This document shows, piece after piece, positions 23,997 to 37,852 of a stretch of 64,000 nucleotides of DNA. Under the pieces are notes generated by a model. It did no database searches and was not told the DNA's origin. It worked only from the letters and a program-made list of their open reading frames with translations. This DNA comes from Eledone cirrhosa. Taxonomy: Eukaryota. Made by a program: the position numbers and the translations under genes. Position 1 is the first letter of the stretch. Each line of letters opens with the position of its first letter. The stretch covers positions 370,078,001-370,142,000 of the forward strand of contig OZ024742.1 in the NCBI GenBank assembly GCA_964016885.1. Direction: 5' to 3'.

Positions 23997-26900
23997 TCAG
24001 CATGTACCCATGGGAGGTCGGGTACCCTGTATTACTGCGTGACGCCAGAAGTCACGGTCGTGTGTCATTGACTTTGAGAGGTGTAGTTGGGTAAGGTCGG
24101 CTTTTATCACCTCATCCCAAGTCATCTTGGGTCTCCCCACTCCGCGGTTTCCATCAACTTCTAGTGCTCTGCACCTTTTTATGCAGCTGTCATCCTTCAT
24201 ACGCATCACATGTCCATACCAGCGTAACCGCCTCTCCTGCACGCAGCATTTGATTCCTCTTATGCTCAGTCTCTCTCTCAATTCATTTATGCTTTGTCGT
24301 TCACGTATATTACTGTTACACATCCATCGGAGCATGCAGGCTTCGTTTCTCTCTAATCTACGTAAGTCTTCCACCTTCAGCGCCCAGGTCTCACTACCAT
24401 GCAACATCGCTGTTCGGATACACGCATCATACAGTCTGCCTTTCATTCTGAGGGAGAAGCCTTTTGCAGCTAGCAGTGGTAGTAGTTCCCTAAACTTCTT
24501 CCATCCCGTTCTTACCCTAGTTATTGTACTTTCTGAGCACCCACCTCCGTTGCTAATTCGGTCACCTAGGTAGCAGAAGCTGTCTACTGTTTCTACAGGG
24601 CCCTCCCAGAGATTGGTGGTACTTGTTTCCTGTGGCTGTTTGCTTGCTGTTTCAGCACAGCTGCTGCATGTGAATCCTACATTCTTAATTAAGCTTCCTG
24701 AGATCCCGCTACATCTCTTGTGTACCCATTGTTTGCATTTGGGGCAAAGAATGGAGTTCCTACCTACACCTTTCCTACATACTGAGCAAGGCCATTTCCC
24801 TGAGGGGATCTGGGTTCTGTTTTCTCGTCTACTTATAAGGACCTTAGTCTTTGTCATGTTGACTTTGAGGCCCTTTCTCTCTAGTCCCTGCTTCCAGGTT
24901 TGGAATTTATTCTCTAGTTCTACCATAGATTCAGCTATGAGTGCGAGGTCATCAGCATACAGGAGTTCCCATGGGCATCCGGTCTTAAACTCCTCCGTTA
25001 TTGCCTGCAGGACTATGATGAACAGGAGAGGGCTAAGAACAGAGCCCTGGTGGACCCCAACCTGTACGCTAAATTCCTCGCTATACTCATTGCCAATCCT
25101 AACTTTGCTGACTGCTCCCCTATACATGGCTTGTACCGCTTTCACAAGCCATTCATCTACTCCTAGTTTTCTAAGAGCCCACCAGATTACTGCACGTGGA
25201 ACTCTGTCAAAGGCTTTCTCAAGGTCGACAAATGCCAAGTAGAGTGGCTTACTTTTAGCTAGGTACTTTTCCTGTAATTGCCTCACAAGGAAGAGCGCAT
25301 CAGTGGTGCCTTTCCCTGGAACAAACCCAAATTGCATCTCGTCTATATTCACCCGGTCCCTAATCAGCTGTGCTATAACTCTTTCTGTTACTTTCATGAC
25401 CTGGTCCATCAACTTTATACCTCTATAGTTTCCTCTATCTAGTGCATCGCCTTTACCTTTGTAGCAGTTGACAATGATGCTACTGCACCAATCTTTTGGT
25501 ATGGCCCCCTCTAGTATTACCTGGTTAACGATACGTGTGGTTATAGTGTGACCTACAGACCCAGATGCCTTCAGCATCTCGGCAGCTATACCCGATGGAC
25601 CGGTTGCCTTCCCTATCTTCATATCTCTGATTGCCTTACTTACTACGCTGCCGCTGACTTGTACTGCTGGTCCCTCTATAGGGTCTACGTGGGGTAGGGT
25701 CTCTTCTTCCCATGCATTCTCCTCATTTAGTAATCTATCATAATGACTCTTCCATGCATCTTTCTTCTCAGCACTTGTGAGGGCAAGCTCACCTTTATCA
25801 TTCCGGATACACTTCTCTCCAATGACATCACAACTATCTCTGACACACTGCCTCGCAATCTTGAATACCTCCTGTTTCTGGTCCTCACGTTGTAAAACAT
25901 GCTTGAATTTTCTATCCTCTGCTTCCCTCCTAGCTAAGTATACTTGTCGCCTAGCTTCCCTCTTGGTCTCTATATAATGTACCCTGCTCCCCCCGTTCTT
26001 CCATTCTTTCCATGCCTGTCTCTTGGCCTTGACTGCTTCATCTACCTTATTGTTCCACCACCAAGTCACTCTCCTCCTGCTTGAGGTCTTACTCCAGCCA
26101 CAAACCTCATCCGTCGCCTCTAGTAAGTTATTTTTTAGGAACTCCCAGTTCTCTTCTACGTTAAATGTCTCTATCTGTTCTTCTTTACTGTCGTAGGCGT
26201 TGAGTAAAATATCTTTAAATCTGTTACTGGTTGAGGGGACTTTCAGCTTCCAGATCTTTCTTCTCCAGGTTGGCCTCTGTTTCAGGGCTCGTCTAGTTCT
26301 GACCGTGAGGTCGCTGACAACTAAGCTATGTTGGGATGTACATTCCTCACTAGGGAAGGCTTTTGTGTTTACGACCGTCCATCTGTCACGTCCTCTGATG
26401 AGGATAAAATCTAACTGACTAGAGTGCTCCCCTGATCTATAGGTGATCAGGTGGTTGTCGGGTTTTTTAAAGTTTGTGTTACATATCGACATGTCATTGG
26501 CGTCGCAGAATTCTAGAAGTCTGAATCCTTCCTCATTCCTTGTGCCAACTCCATGGCCTCCATGTACTCTATTGAAGCCGTCGCAGTGTTTACCTACGTG
26601 TCCGTTAAAATCTCCTGCAATGATTAGGAAGTCCTTGTCGTCTGTTAGAGCAGTAGTGTGTATTAGGGACTCGTAAAACCTATCCTTAAGTTCGTCTGGC
26701 AGCCCTGATTGGGGTGCGTAAGCTGATATTATTGTGGTAATTGTCTTATTCAGGACTAGTCTGAGTTTAATGATTCTTGCATTTACCCTGTACACTGAGA
26801 TTACTTTATCTACCCACTTGTCAGCTAATAGTATACCTACACCACCCATCCCATCGTCATTTCCCACCCAGAAAAATTTGTAGCACTGGCTTTTTCCTAC

Positions 26901-27116
26901 AAGGACTCTAGCAGACCCTCCTCTCCATCTAGTCTCTTGCACACAGCATACATCAACTTCCTTTCGCTCTAGCATTTCTACGATTTCTCCTGCTCTTCCT
27001 TTCATTGAGCCTACATTGATGGTACCAACTCGGAGTTTTGGGCATTTGTCGACACTCGTAGGGGAGGGTCTCTGGGTTGGCGCTTCACGTGGGTGCTTGG
27101 TAGCTCGCAGATTCAT
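23997..27116 (-). CDS. Intact RTE polyprotein (1039 aa): AP endonuclease, reverse transcriptase and PHD finger
   Basis: APE motifs INVGSM, CVQETRW, SAYAPQ, AGDFNGHVG, LDFIL and SQH; RT motifs [17 protein letters not shown] and YADD; C4HC3 finger; RLRWYGHV. No stops or frameshifts. Confidence 0.96.
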   Translation of the reverse strand: MNLRATKHPREAPTQRPSPTSVDKCPKLRVGTINVGSMKGRAGEIVEMLERKEVDVCCVQETRWRGGSARVLVGKSQCYKFFWVGNDDGMGGVGILLADKWVDKVISVYRVNARIIKLRLVLNKTITTIISAYAPQSGLPDELKDRFYESLIHTTALTDDKDFLIIAGDFNGHVGKHCDGFNRVHGGHGVGTRNEEGFRLLEFCDANDMSICNTNFKKPDNHLITYRSGEHSSQLDFILIRGRDRWTVVNTKAFPSEECTSQHSLVVSDLTVRTRRALKQRPTWRRKIWKLKVPSTSNRFKDILLNAYDSKEEQIETFNVEENWEFLKNNLLEATDEVCGWSKTSSRRRVTWWWNNKVDEAVKAKRQAWKEWKNGGSRVHYIETKREARRQVYLARREAEDRKFKHVLQREDQKQEVFKIARQCVRDSCDVIGEKCIRNDKGELALTSAEKKDAWKSHYDRLLNEENAWEEETLPHVDPIEGPAVQVSGSVVSKAIRDMKIGKATGPSGIAAEMLKASGSVGHTITTRIVNQVILEGAIPKDWCSSIIVNCYKGKGDALDRGNYRGIKLMDQVMKVTERVIAQLIRDRVNIDEMQFGFVPGKGTTDALFLVRQLQEKYLAKSKPLYLAFVDLEKAFDRVPRAVIWWALRKLGVDEWLVKAVQAMYRGAVSKVRIGNEYSEEFSVQVGVHQGSVLSPLLFIIVLQAITEEFKTGCPWELLYADDLALIAESMVELENKFQTWKQGLERKGLKVNMTKTKVLISRRENRTQIPSGKWPCSVCRKGVGRNSILCPKCKQWVHKRCSGISGSLIKNVGFTCSSCAETASKQPQETSTTNLWEGPVETVDSFCYLGDRISNGGGCSESTITRVRTGWKKFRELLPLLAAKGFSLRMKGRLYDACIRTAMLHGSETWALKVEDLRRLERNEACMLRWMCNSNIRERQSINELRERLSIRGIKCCVQERRLRWYGHVMRMKDDSCIKRCRALEVDGNRGVGRPKMTWDEVIKADLTQLHLSKSMTHDRDFWRHAVIQGTRPPMGTC

Positions 27117-27417
27117 ATTTCATCTATTGATTCAGAGTTGCTCGTGTATTCCCAGCTCATCCATCCCTAACGGTGGGAAAATTGAGGGCTAGAAGGACAG
27201 TGGTGGTGGGGTAATGGCAGGGTGTGTTGGGATGCGAGGAGAGAGTTAGTTAGGCAGGTAGTAGCAGCAGCAGCAGTGGAAATGGCATGCTAGGTTTGAT
27301 TGGTCGAATAGACTATGGTGGTGTGTGGGGGTGGGGGGGGAGGGAAATTGTGAGGTAGGAACTGAGGGTCGCATGGTAAATATCCAAGTTAATACTACAT
27401 CAGTAAAATTAACAATA

Positions 27418-28014
27418 ATAACGTCATGAAAAAAGCTACTAAGAGAAACCCTCGAAAATTTATCGCTAATACAGCAGGGAAAATTTAACGCTAATACAGC
27501 AGGGAACATCATAATATTAACGACATGAAAAAGCTACTAAGAGAAACCCTCGAAAATTTATCGCTAATACAGCAGGGAAAATTTAACGCTAATACAGCAG
27601 GGAACATCATAATATTAACGACATGAAAAAGCTACTAAGAGAAACCCTCGAAAATTTATCGCTAATACAGCAGGGAAAATTTAACGCTAATACAGCAGGG
27701 AACATCATAATATTAACGACATGAAAAAGCTACTAAGAGAAACCCTCGAAAATTTATCGCTAATACAGCAGGGAAAATTTAACGCTAATACAGCAGGGAA
27801 CATCATAATATTAACGACATGAAAAAGCTACTAAGAGAAACCCTCGAAAATTTATCGCTAATACAGCAGGGAAAATTTAACGCTAATACAGCAGGGAACA
27901 TCATAATATTAACGACATGAAAAAGCTACTAAGAGAAACCCTCGAAAATTTATCGCTAATACAGCAGGGAAAATTTAACGCTAATACAGCAGGGAACATC
28001 ATAATATTAACGAC
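27418..28014. repeat. 98-bp tandem repeat, 6 near-identical copies, upstream of the family B ORF
   Basis: ggaacatc recurs at 27503, 27601, 27699, 27797, 27895 and 27993; each unit contains cgctaatacagcagggaa twice. Confidence 0.95.
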
Positions 28015-28914
28015 AATATGTAGGCTAAAATACCTTCGTAGATTAGGTGGATGGCTGGCTGGGAAAATTTGAATCAGCTCTACTGGTACATTTTAGCAGA
28101 GAAGAATGGCAAAGTGTCTTATCTCTTCAATATTTTCAGATTGAATGAATTAGGTTAAAGACAGGGTAGTAAGCCTTAAAGAAGTGCATAGAGGGGGGGG
28201 GGGGGTAGGAACTGAGGGTCGCATGGTAAATAACTGAGAGAGATACAATAGGATTAGAATAGTGTGTGTATATATATATACACATATATATACATATATA
28301 CACATATATATATTCTAAGATGTGACGTGAACAAGATAAGGATATATAGAGTCATCAATCTCAGTATTGTCGGAGGGCCAGTAAGGGCCATGAACACAGC
28401 CCCTTCCTCAAGAGATAGGAAATAAAAAAATATTAAACAAGACACACACTGAATATTTCAGAATTGATGAGAGACATACAAAAATACACAGTTGTAGCAC
28501 TATATAAAATATATAGCTTTATAAGTTTTACCCTTTCTTACCCCCCCCCCCCCCCCCCGGCCTCTCTCTCTCTCATATTTATATATATATATATGGCACA
28601 GATACACAGAGCAACATATATTCTAGAAGACAGAACACATTCCTTGACATAAGCTTCATTAATTTTCATAAAGAAACACCCAAAGCTAGTCACACACACA
28701 CACACACACACATACATAAAAACACATAACACACATACGCCCACACACATACATAAACACACCCAACACAGCCACACATAACACACCCACACACATACAT
28801 AAACACACATAACACAGCCACACACACACATAACAGCCACACACATGACAAAAGCCTGTTAGGACAAATTTGTTAGATTGCAATGGTTCTGAGATATAGA
28901 CATGTGAAGTTATC

Positions 28915-30906
28915 TTTATATATATATATATATATCATCAGACATACATATATAAGTGTAACATGTAGTACATCTACCATACATGTGTATATATATCTAT
29001 CATCAGACATACATATATAAGTGTAACACATGTAGTACATCTACCATACATGTGTATATATATCTATCATCAGACATACATATATAAGTGTAACACATGT
29101 AGTACATCTACCATACATGTATATATATATATCATCAGACATACAAATATAAGTGTAACACATGTAGTACATCTACCATACATGTATATATACATATATA
29201 TCAGACATACATATATAAGTGTAACATGTAGTACATCTACCATACATATATATATATCTATCATCAGACATACATATATAAGTGTAACATGTAGTACATC
29301 TACCATACATGTATATATATATATCATCAGACATACATATATAAGTGTAACACATGTAGTACATCTACCATACATGTGTATATATATCTATCATCAGGCA
29401 TACATATATAAGTGTAACATGTAGTACATCTACCATACATGTGTATATATATCTATCATCAGACATACATGTATAAGTGTAACATGTAGTACATCTACCA
29501 TACATGTATATATATATATATATATCATCAGACATACATATATAAGTGTAACACATGTAGTACATCTACCATACATGTGTATATATATTTATCATCAGGC
29601 ATACATATATAAGTGTAACATGTAGTACATCTACCATACATGTGTATATATATATATCATCAGACATACATATATAAGTGTAACATGTAGTACATCTACC
29701 ATACATGTATATATATATATCATCAGACATACATATATAAGTGTAACACATGTAGTACATCTACCATACATGTATATATATATATATATCATCAGACATA
29801 CATATATAAGTGTAACACATGTAGTACATCTACCATACATGTATATATATATATATATATCATCAGACATACATATATAAGTGTAACACATGTAGTACAT
29901 CTACCATACATGTGTATATATATATATCATCAGACATACATATATAAGTGTAACATGTAGTACATCTACCATACATGTATATATATATATATCATCAGAC
30001 ATACATATATAAGTGTAACACATGTAGTACATCTACCATACATGTGTATATATATTTATCATCAGGCATACATATATAAGTGTAACATGTAGTACATCTA
30101 CCATACATGTGTTTATATATATATCATCAGACATACATATATAAGTGTAACATGTAGTACATCTACCATACATGTATATATATATATATCATCAGACATA
30201 CATATATAAGTGTAACACATGTAGTACATCTACCATACATGTATATATATATATATATCATCAGACATACATATATAAGTGTAACACATGTAGTACATCT
30301 ACCATACATGTATATATATATATATATCATCAGACATACATATATAAGTGTAACACATGTAGTACATCTACCATACATGTGTATATATATCTATCATCAG
30401 ACATACATATATAAGTGTAACATGTAGTACATCTACCATACATGTATATATATATATCATCAGACATACATATATAAGTGTAACACATGTAGTACATCTA
30501 CCATACATGTGTATATATATCTATCATCAGACATACATATATAAGTGTAACATGTAGTACATCTACCATACATGTGTATATATATATATCATCAGACATA
30601 CATATATAAGTGTAACACATGTAGTACATCTACCATACATGTGTATATATATATATCATCAGACATACATATATAAGTGCAACATGTAGTACATCTACCA
30701 TACATGTATATATATATATATATATCATCAGACATACATATATAAGTGTAACACATGTAGTACATCTACCATACATGTATATATATATATATATCATCAG
30801 GCATACATATATAAGTGTAACACATGTAGTACATCTACCATACATGTATATATATATATATATATCAGACACACTTATATATGTATAACACATGTAGTAC
30901 ATCTAC

Positions 30907-30945
<39 letters not shown>

Positions 30946-31525
30946 TCAGACATACATATATAAGTGTAACATGTAGTACATCTACCATACATGTATATAT
31001 ATATATATCATCAGACATACATATATAAGTGTAACACATGTAGTACATCTACCATACATGTATATATATATCATCAGACATACAAATATAAGTGTAACAT
31101 GTAGTACATCTACCATACATGTAAATATATATATATCATCAGACATACAAATATAAGTGTAACACATGTAGTACATCTACCATACATGTATATATATATA
31201 TATATCATCAGACATACAAATATAAGTTTAACACATGTAGTACATCTACCATACATGTATATATATATATATATCTATCATCAGACATACATATATAAGT
31301 GTAACATGTAGTACATCTACCATACATGTATATATATATATATATATATCATCAGACATACATATATAAGTGTAACACATGTAGTACATCTACCATACAT
31401 GTATATATATATATCATCAGGCATATATATATAAGTGTAACATGTAGTACATCTACCATACATGTATATATATATATATCTATCATCAGACATACATATA
31501 TAAGTGTAACATGTAGTACATCTAC

Positions 31526-31556
<31 letters not shown>

Positions 31557-34010
31557 CAGACATACATATATAAGTGTAACACATGTAGTACATCTACCAT
31601 ACATGTATATATATATATATCATCAGACATACATATATAAGTGTAACACATGTAGTACATCTACCATACATGTATATATATATATATATCATCAGACATA
31701 CATATATAAGTGTAACACATGTAGTACATCTACCATACATGTGTATATATATCTATCATCAGACATACATATATAAGTGTAACATGTAGTACATCTACCA
31801 TACATGTATATATACATATATATCAGACATACATATATAAGTGTAACACATGTAGTACATCTACCATACATGTATATATATATATATATCATCAGACATA
31901 CATATATAAGTGTAACACATGTAGTACATCTACCATACATGTGTATATATATATATATATCATCAGACATACATATATAAGTGTAACATGTAGTACATCT
32001 ACCATACATGTATATATACATATATATCAGACATACATATATAAGTGTAACACATGTAGTACATCTACCATACATGTATATATATATATATCATCAGACA
32101 TACATATATAAGTGTAACACATGTAGTACATCTACCATACATGTGTATATATATCTATCATCAGACATACATATATAAGTGTAACATGTAGTACATCTAC
32201 CATACATGTATATATACATATATATCAGACATACATATATAAGTGTAACACATGTAGTACATCTACCATACATGTATATATATATATATATCATCAGACA
32301 TACATATATAAGTGTAACACATGTAGTACATCTACCATACATGTGTATATATATATATATATCATCAGACATACATATATAAGTGTAACACATGTAGTAC
32401 ATCTACCATACATGTGTATATATATCTATCATCAGGCATACATATATAAGTGTAACATGTAGTACATCTACCATACATGTGTATATATATCTATCATCAG
32501 ACATACATGTATAAGTGTAACATGTAGTACATCTACCATACATGTATATATATATATATATATATCATCAGACATACATATATAAGTGTAACACATGTAG
32601 TACATCTACCATACATGTGTATATATATTTATCATCAGGCATACATATATAAGTGTAACATGTAGTACATCTACCATACATGTGTATATATATATATCAT
32701 CAGACATACATATATAAGTGTAACATGTAGTACATCTACCATACATGTATATATATATATCATCAGACATACATATATAAGTGTAACACATGTAGTACAT
32801 CTACCATACATGTATATATATATATATATCATCAGACATACATATATAAGTGTAACACATGTAGTACATCTACCATACATGTATATATATATATATATCA
32901 TCAGACATACATATATAAGTGTAACACATGTAGTACATCTACCATACATGTGTATATATATATATCATCAGACATACATATATAAGTGTAACATGTAGTA
33001 CATCTACCATACATGTATATATATATATATCATCAGACATACATATATAAGTGTAACACATGTAGTACATCTACCATACATGTGTATATATATTTATCAT
33101 CAGGCATACATATATAAGTGTAACATGTAGTACATCTACCATACATGTGTTTATATATATATCATCAGACATACATATATAAGTGTAACATGTAGTACAT
33201 CTACCATACATGTATATATATATATATCATCAGACATACATATATAAGTGTAACACATGTAGTACATCTACCATACATGTATATATATATATATATCATC
33301 AGACATACATATATAAGTGTAACACATGTAGTACATCTACCATACATGTATATATATATATATATCATCAGACATACATATATAAGTGTAACACATGTAG
33401 TACATCTACCATACATGTGTATATATATCTATCATCAGACATACATATATAAGTGTAACATGTAGTACATCTACCATACATGTATATATATATATCATCA
33501 GACATACATATATAAGTGTAACACATGTAGTACATCTACCATACATGTGTATATATATCTATCATCAGACATACATATATAAGTGTAACATGTAGTACAT
33601 CTACCATACATGTGTATATATATATATCATCAGACATACATATATAAGTGTAACACATGTAGTACATCTACCATACATGTGTATATATATATATCATCAG
33701 ACATACATATATAAGTGCAACATGTAGTACATCTACCATACATGTATATATATATATATATATCATCAGACATACATATATAAGTGTAACACATGTAGTA
33801 CATCTACCATACATGTATATATATATATATATCATCAGGCATACATATATAAGTGTAACACATGTAGTACATCTACCATACATGTATATATACATATATA
33901 TCAGACATACATATATAAGTGTAACAAATGTAGTACATCTACCATACATGTATATATATATATATATATCAGACACACTTATATATGTATAACACATGTA
34001 GTACATCTAC

Positions 34011-34049
<39 letters not shown>

Positions 34050-35232
34050 TCAGACATACATATATAAGTGTAACATGTAGTACATCTACCATACATGTAT
34101 ATATATATATATCATCAGACATACATATATAAGTGTAACACATGTAGTACATCTACCATACATGTATATATATATCATCAGACATACAAATATAAGTGTA
34201 ACATGTAGTACATCTACCATACATGTATATATATATATATCATCAGACATACAAATATAAGTGTAACACATGTAGTACATCTACCATACATGTATATATA
34301 TATATATATCATCAGACATACAAATATAAGTTTAACACATGTAGTACATCTACCATACATGTATATATATATATATATCTATCATCAGACATACATATAT
34401 AAGTGTAACATGTAGTACATCTACCATACATGTATATATACATATATATCAGACATACATATATAAGTGTAACACATGTAGTACATCTACCATACATGTA
34501 TATATATATATATCATCAGACATACATATATAAGTGTAACACATGTAGTACATCTACCATACATGTGTATATATATCTATCATCAGACATACATATATAA
34601 GTGTAACATGTAGTACATCTACCATACATGTATATATACATATATATCAGACATACATATATAAGTGTAACACATGTAGTACATCTACCATACATGTATA
34701 TATATATATATATCATCAGACATACATATATAAGTGTAACACATGTAGTACATCTACCATACATGTGTATATATATATATATATATATATTATCAGACAT
34801 ACATATATAAGTGTAACATGTAGTACATCTACCATACATGTATATATACATATATATCAGACATACATATATAAGTGTAACACATGTAGTACATCTACCA
34901 TACATGTATATATATATATATATCATCAGACATACATATATAAGTGTAACACATGTAGTACATCTACCATACATGTGTATATATATCTATCATCAGACAT
35001 ATATATATAAGTGTAACATGTAGTACATCTACCATACATGTATATATATATATATATCATCAGACATACATATATAAGTGTAACACATGTAGTACATCTA
35101 CCATACATGTGTATATATATATATCATCAGACATACATATATAAGTGTAACATGTAGTACATCTACCATACATGTATATATACATATATATCAGACATAC
35201 ATATATAAGTGTAACACATGTAGTACATCTAC

Positions 35233-35265
<33 letters not shown>

Positions 35266-35476
35266 CATCAGACATACATATATAAGTGTAACACATGTAG
35301 TACATCTACCATACATGTGTATATATATCTATCATCAGACATACATATATAAGTGTAACATGTAGTACATCTACCATACATGTATATATACATATATATC
35401 AGACATACATATATAAGTGTAACATGTAGTACATCTACCATACATGTATATATATATATTACATATAGTACATCTA

Positions 35477-35480
<4 letters not shown>
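28915..35480. repeat. ~65-70-bp satellite with an embedded variable (TA)n, ~95-100 copies
   Basis: Unit catcagacatacatatataagtgtaac(ac)atgtagtacatctaccatacatg(tg)(ta)n, with a ~3.04-kb higher-order duplication. Confidence 0.97.
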
Positions 35481-35532
<52 letters not shown>

Positions 35533-35624
35533 CAAAGAATTAGGTAAATTGTCGAAGTAAAAAACAGGAAAAATTCCAGTTTAAATGGATAATTACAGCG
35601 GGGGGGGGGGGGGGGGGTAGATTG

Positions 35625-36048
35625 ATAGGGGTGGTGGAGGATAGTTCGATGATGGCGGGTTAGTTTGATGGGGGTGGCGGGAGGGGGTGAGAATAGTTCG
35701 GTGGTGGGGGTGGAGGATAGTTCGATGGGGGGGGATAGTTTGATGGGGGTGGTGGAGGAGGATAGTTTGATGGGGGTGGTGGTGGTGGAGGATAGTTTGA
35801 TGGGGGTGGTGGTGGTGGAGGATAGTTTGATGGGGGTGGTGGTGGTGGTGGAGGATAGTTTGATGGGGGTGGTGGTGGTGGAGGATAGTTTGATGGGGGT
35901 GGTGGTGGTGGAGGATAGTTTGATGGGGGTGGTGGTGGTGGAGGATAGTTTGATGGGGGTGGTGGTGGTGGAGGATAGTTTGATGGGGGTGGTGGTGGTG
36001 GAGGATAGTTTGATGGGGGTGGTGGTGGTGGAGGATAGTTTGATAGGG
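35625..36048. repeat. 30-bp G-rich minisatellite
   Basis: Unit ggaggatagtttgatgggggtggtggtggt; about 10 good copies plus degenerate ones. Confidence 0.93.
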
Positions 36049-36091
36049 GCGGAGCAAATACACCCCCTCCCCTTTTGTGGATCTGAACAGA

Positions 36092-36218
36092 AGGTCCCTA
36101 AACTCACCATACAATCCCTAAACTCACCATACCGGTCACTAAACTCACCATACAGGTCCCTAAACTCACCATACAGGTCCCTAAACTCACCATACAGGTC
36201 CCTAAACTCACCATACAG
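36092..36218. repeat. 21-bp tandem repeat, 6 copies
   Basis: Unit aggtccctaaactcaccatac. Confidence 0.92.
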
Positions 36219-36969
36219 TCCCATATCTACTGGGTTCACTACTAGTCTAGATCAGAATATATTCTCAGGTCCCAAATAATAGGAAGGGGGTTGGATAACC
36301 AGAATGTTGTTTAGTTTACATGTAGAGACCCCAACCCATCCTATATATTTTATAACATATGGGACTTCTAATAGTGTACCTTTCTGACATGTATAATGTT
36401 TTTTGGGGGGGATAAGAGCAGGGAATGGCTTAGAAATGGGCAACCATCCAAATCTTAGGTAGAATTGGTGAAAATCATAAAAATATTGACACTAAATATA
36501 AACTGACCCCACTTCTACCATTGATTCTTTGGTTACATATTCCTCGGTTTAGAGTATGGTGTATCTTACATTGGTTTTAAATATTTCATTTCTGGACATT
36601 GCTTGGAATATAAAGAACATTGGTATTCTACATTCCTACACTGAACTACCAAACAGTTGAATTTATTCCATGTTTTTTTACTGATCTACTAATACACCAT
36701 CAACACCACAACTACCGATAACAACCCTAACTCCAACACACACATAACATCCTCAACACCAACCCAACACTCTTAATCTCACCACCAACACCCTAACACC
36801 AACACCACACCTCCACCAACTAATTTTCTATCAAAAAATCAGCTATCACTTCACTAAAACACCATCAAACAGATTTTTTCCCAACCATAATGAAGGTGAG
36901 AATAAACAATATATATATACATACATATTGTATATATATATATATATATACATACATACATACATATTG

Positions 36970-37025
<56 letters not shown>

Positions 37026-37075
37026 CATACATACATATTGTATATATATATATATACATATATATATACATACAT

Positions 37076-37117
<42 letters not shown>

Positions 37118-37120
37118 CAT

Positions 37121-37160
<40 letters not shown>

Positions 37161-37163
37161 CAT

Positions 37164-37201
<38 letters not shown>

Positions 37202-37204
37202 CAT

Positions 37205-37242
<38 letters not shown>

Positions 37243-37280
37243 CATATTGTATATATATATATATATATATATACATACAT

Positions 37281-37324
<44 letters not shown>

Positions 37325-37327
37325 CAT

Positions 37328-37363
<36 letters not shown>

Positions 37364-37370
37364 CATAAAT

Positions 37371-37410
<40 letters not shown>

Positions 37411-37413
37411 CAT

Positions 37414-37455
<42 letters not shown>

Positions 37456-37458
37456 CAT

Positions 37459-37498
<40 letters not shown>

Positions 37499-37501
37499 CA
37501 T

Positions 37502-37543
<42 letters not shown>

Positions 37544-37550
37544 CATAAAT

Positions 37551-37590
<40 letters not shown>

Positions 37591-37597
37591 CATATTA

Positions 37598-37629
<32 letters not shown>

Positions 37630-37799
37630 CATACATATTATATATATATATATATATATATATACATACATATTATATATATATATATATATATATATAC
37701 ATACATATTATATATATATATATATATATACATACATATTATATATATATATATATATATATACATACATATTATATATATATATATATATATACATAC

Positions 37800-37835
<36 letters not shown>

Positions 37836-37852
37836 CATATATATATATATAT

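Larger units (their letters stand above)
23693..28260 (-). mobile_element. Apparently full-length RTE-clade LINE, family B (5' boundary approximate)
   Basis: (GAT)n tail at 23693-23714, ~280-bp 3'UTR, intact ORF and a ~1.1-kb upstream region with tandem repeats; TG/TA microsatellite on both flanks. Confidence 0.88.

Noticed and set aside
35268-36279. Mucin-like PIKLSSTTTT ORF and its antisense ORF
   Set aside because: A 30-bp minisatellite open on both strands and joined to other repeats.
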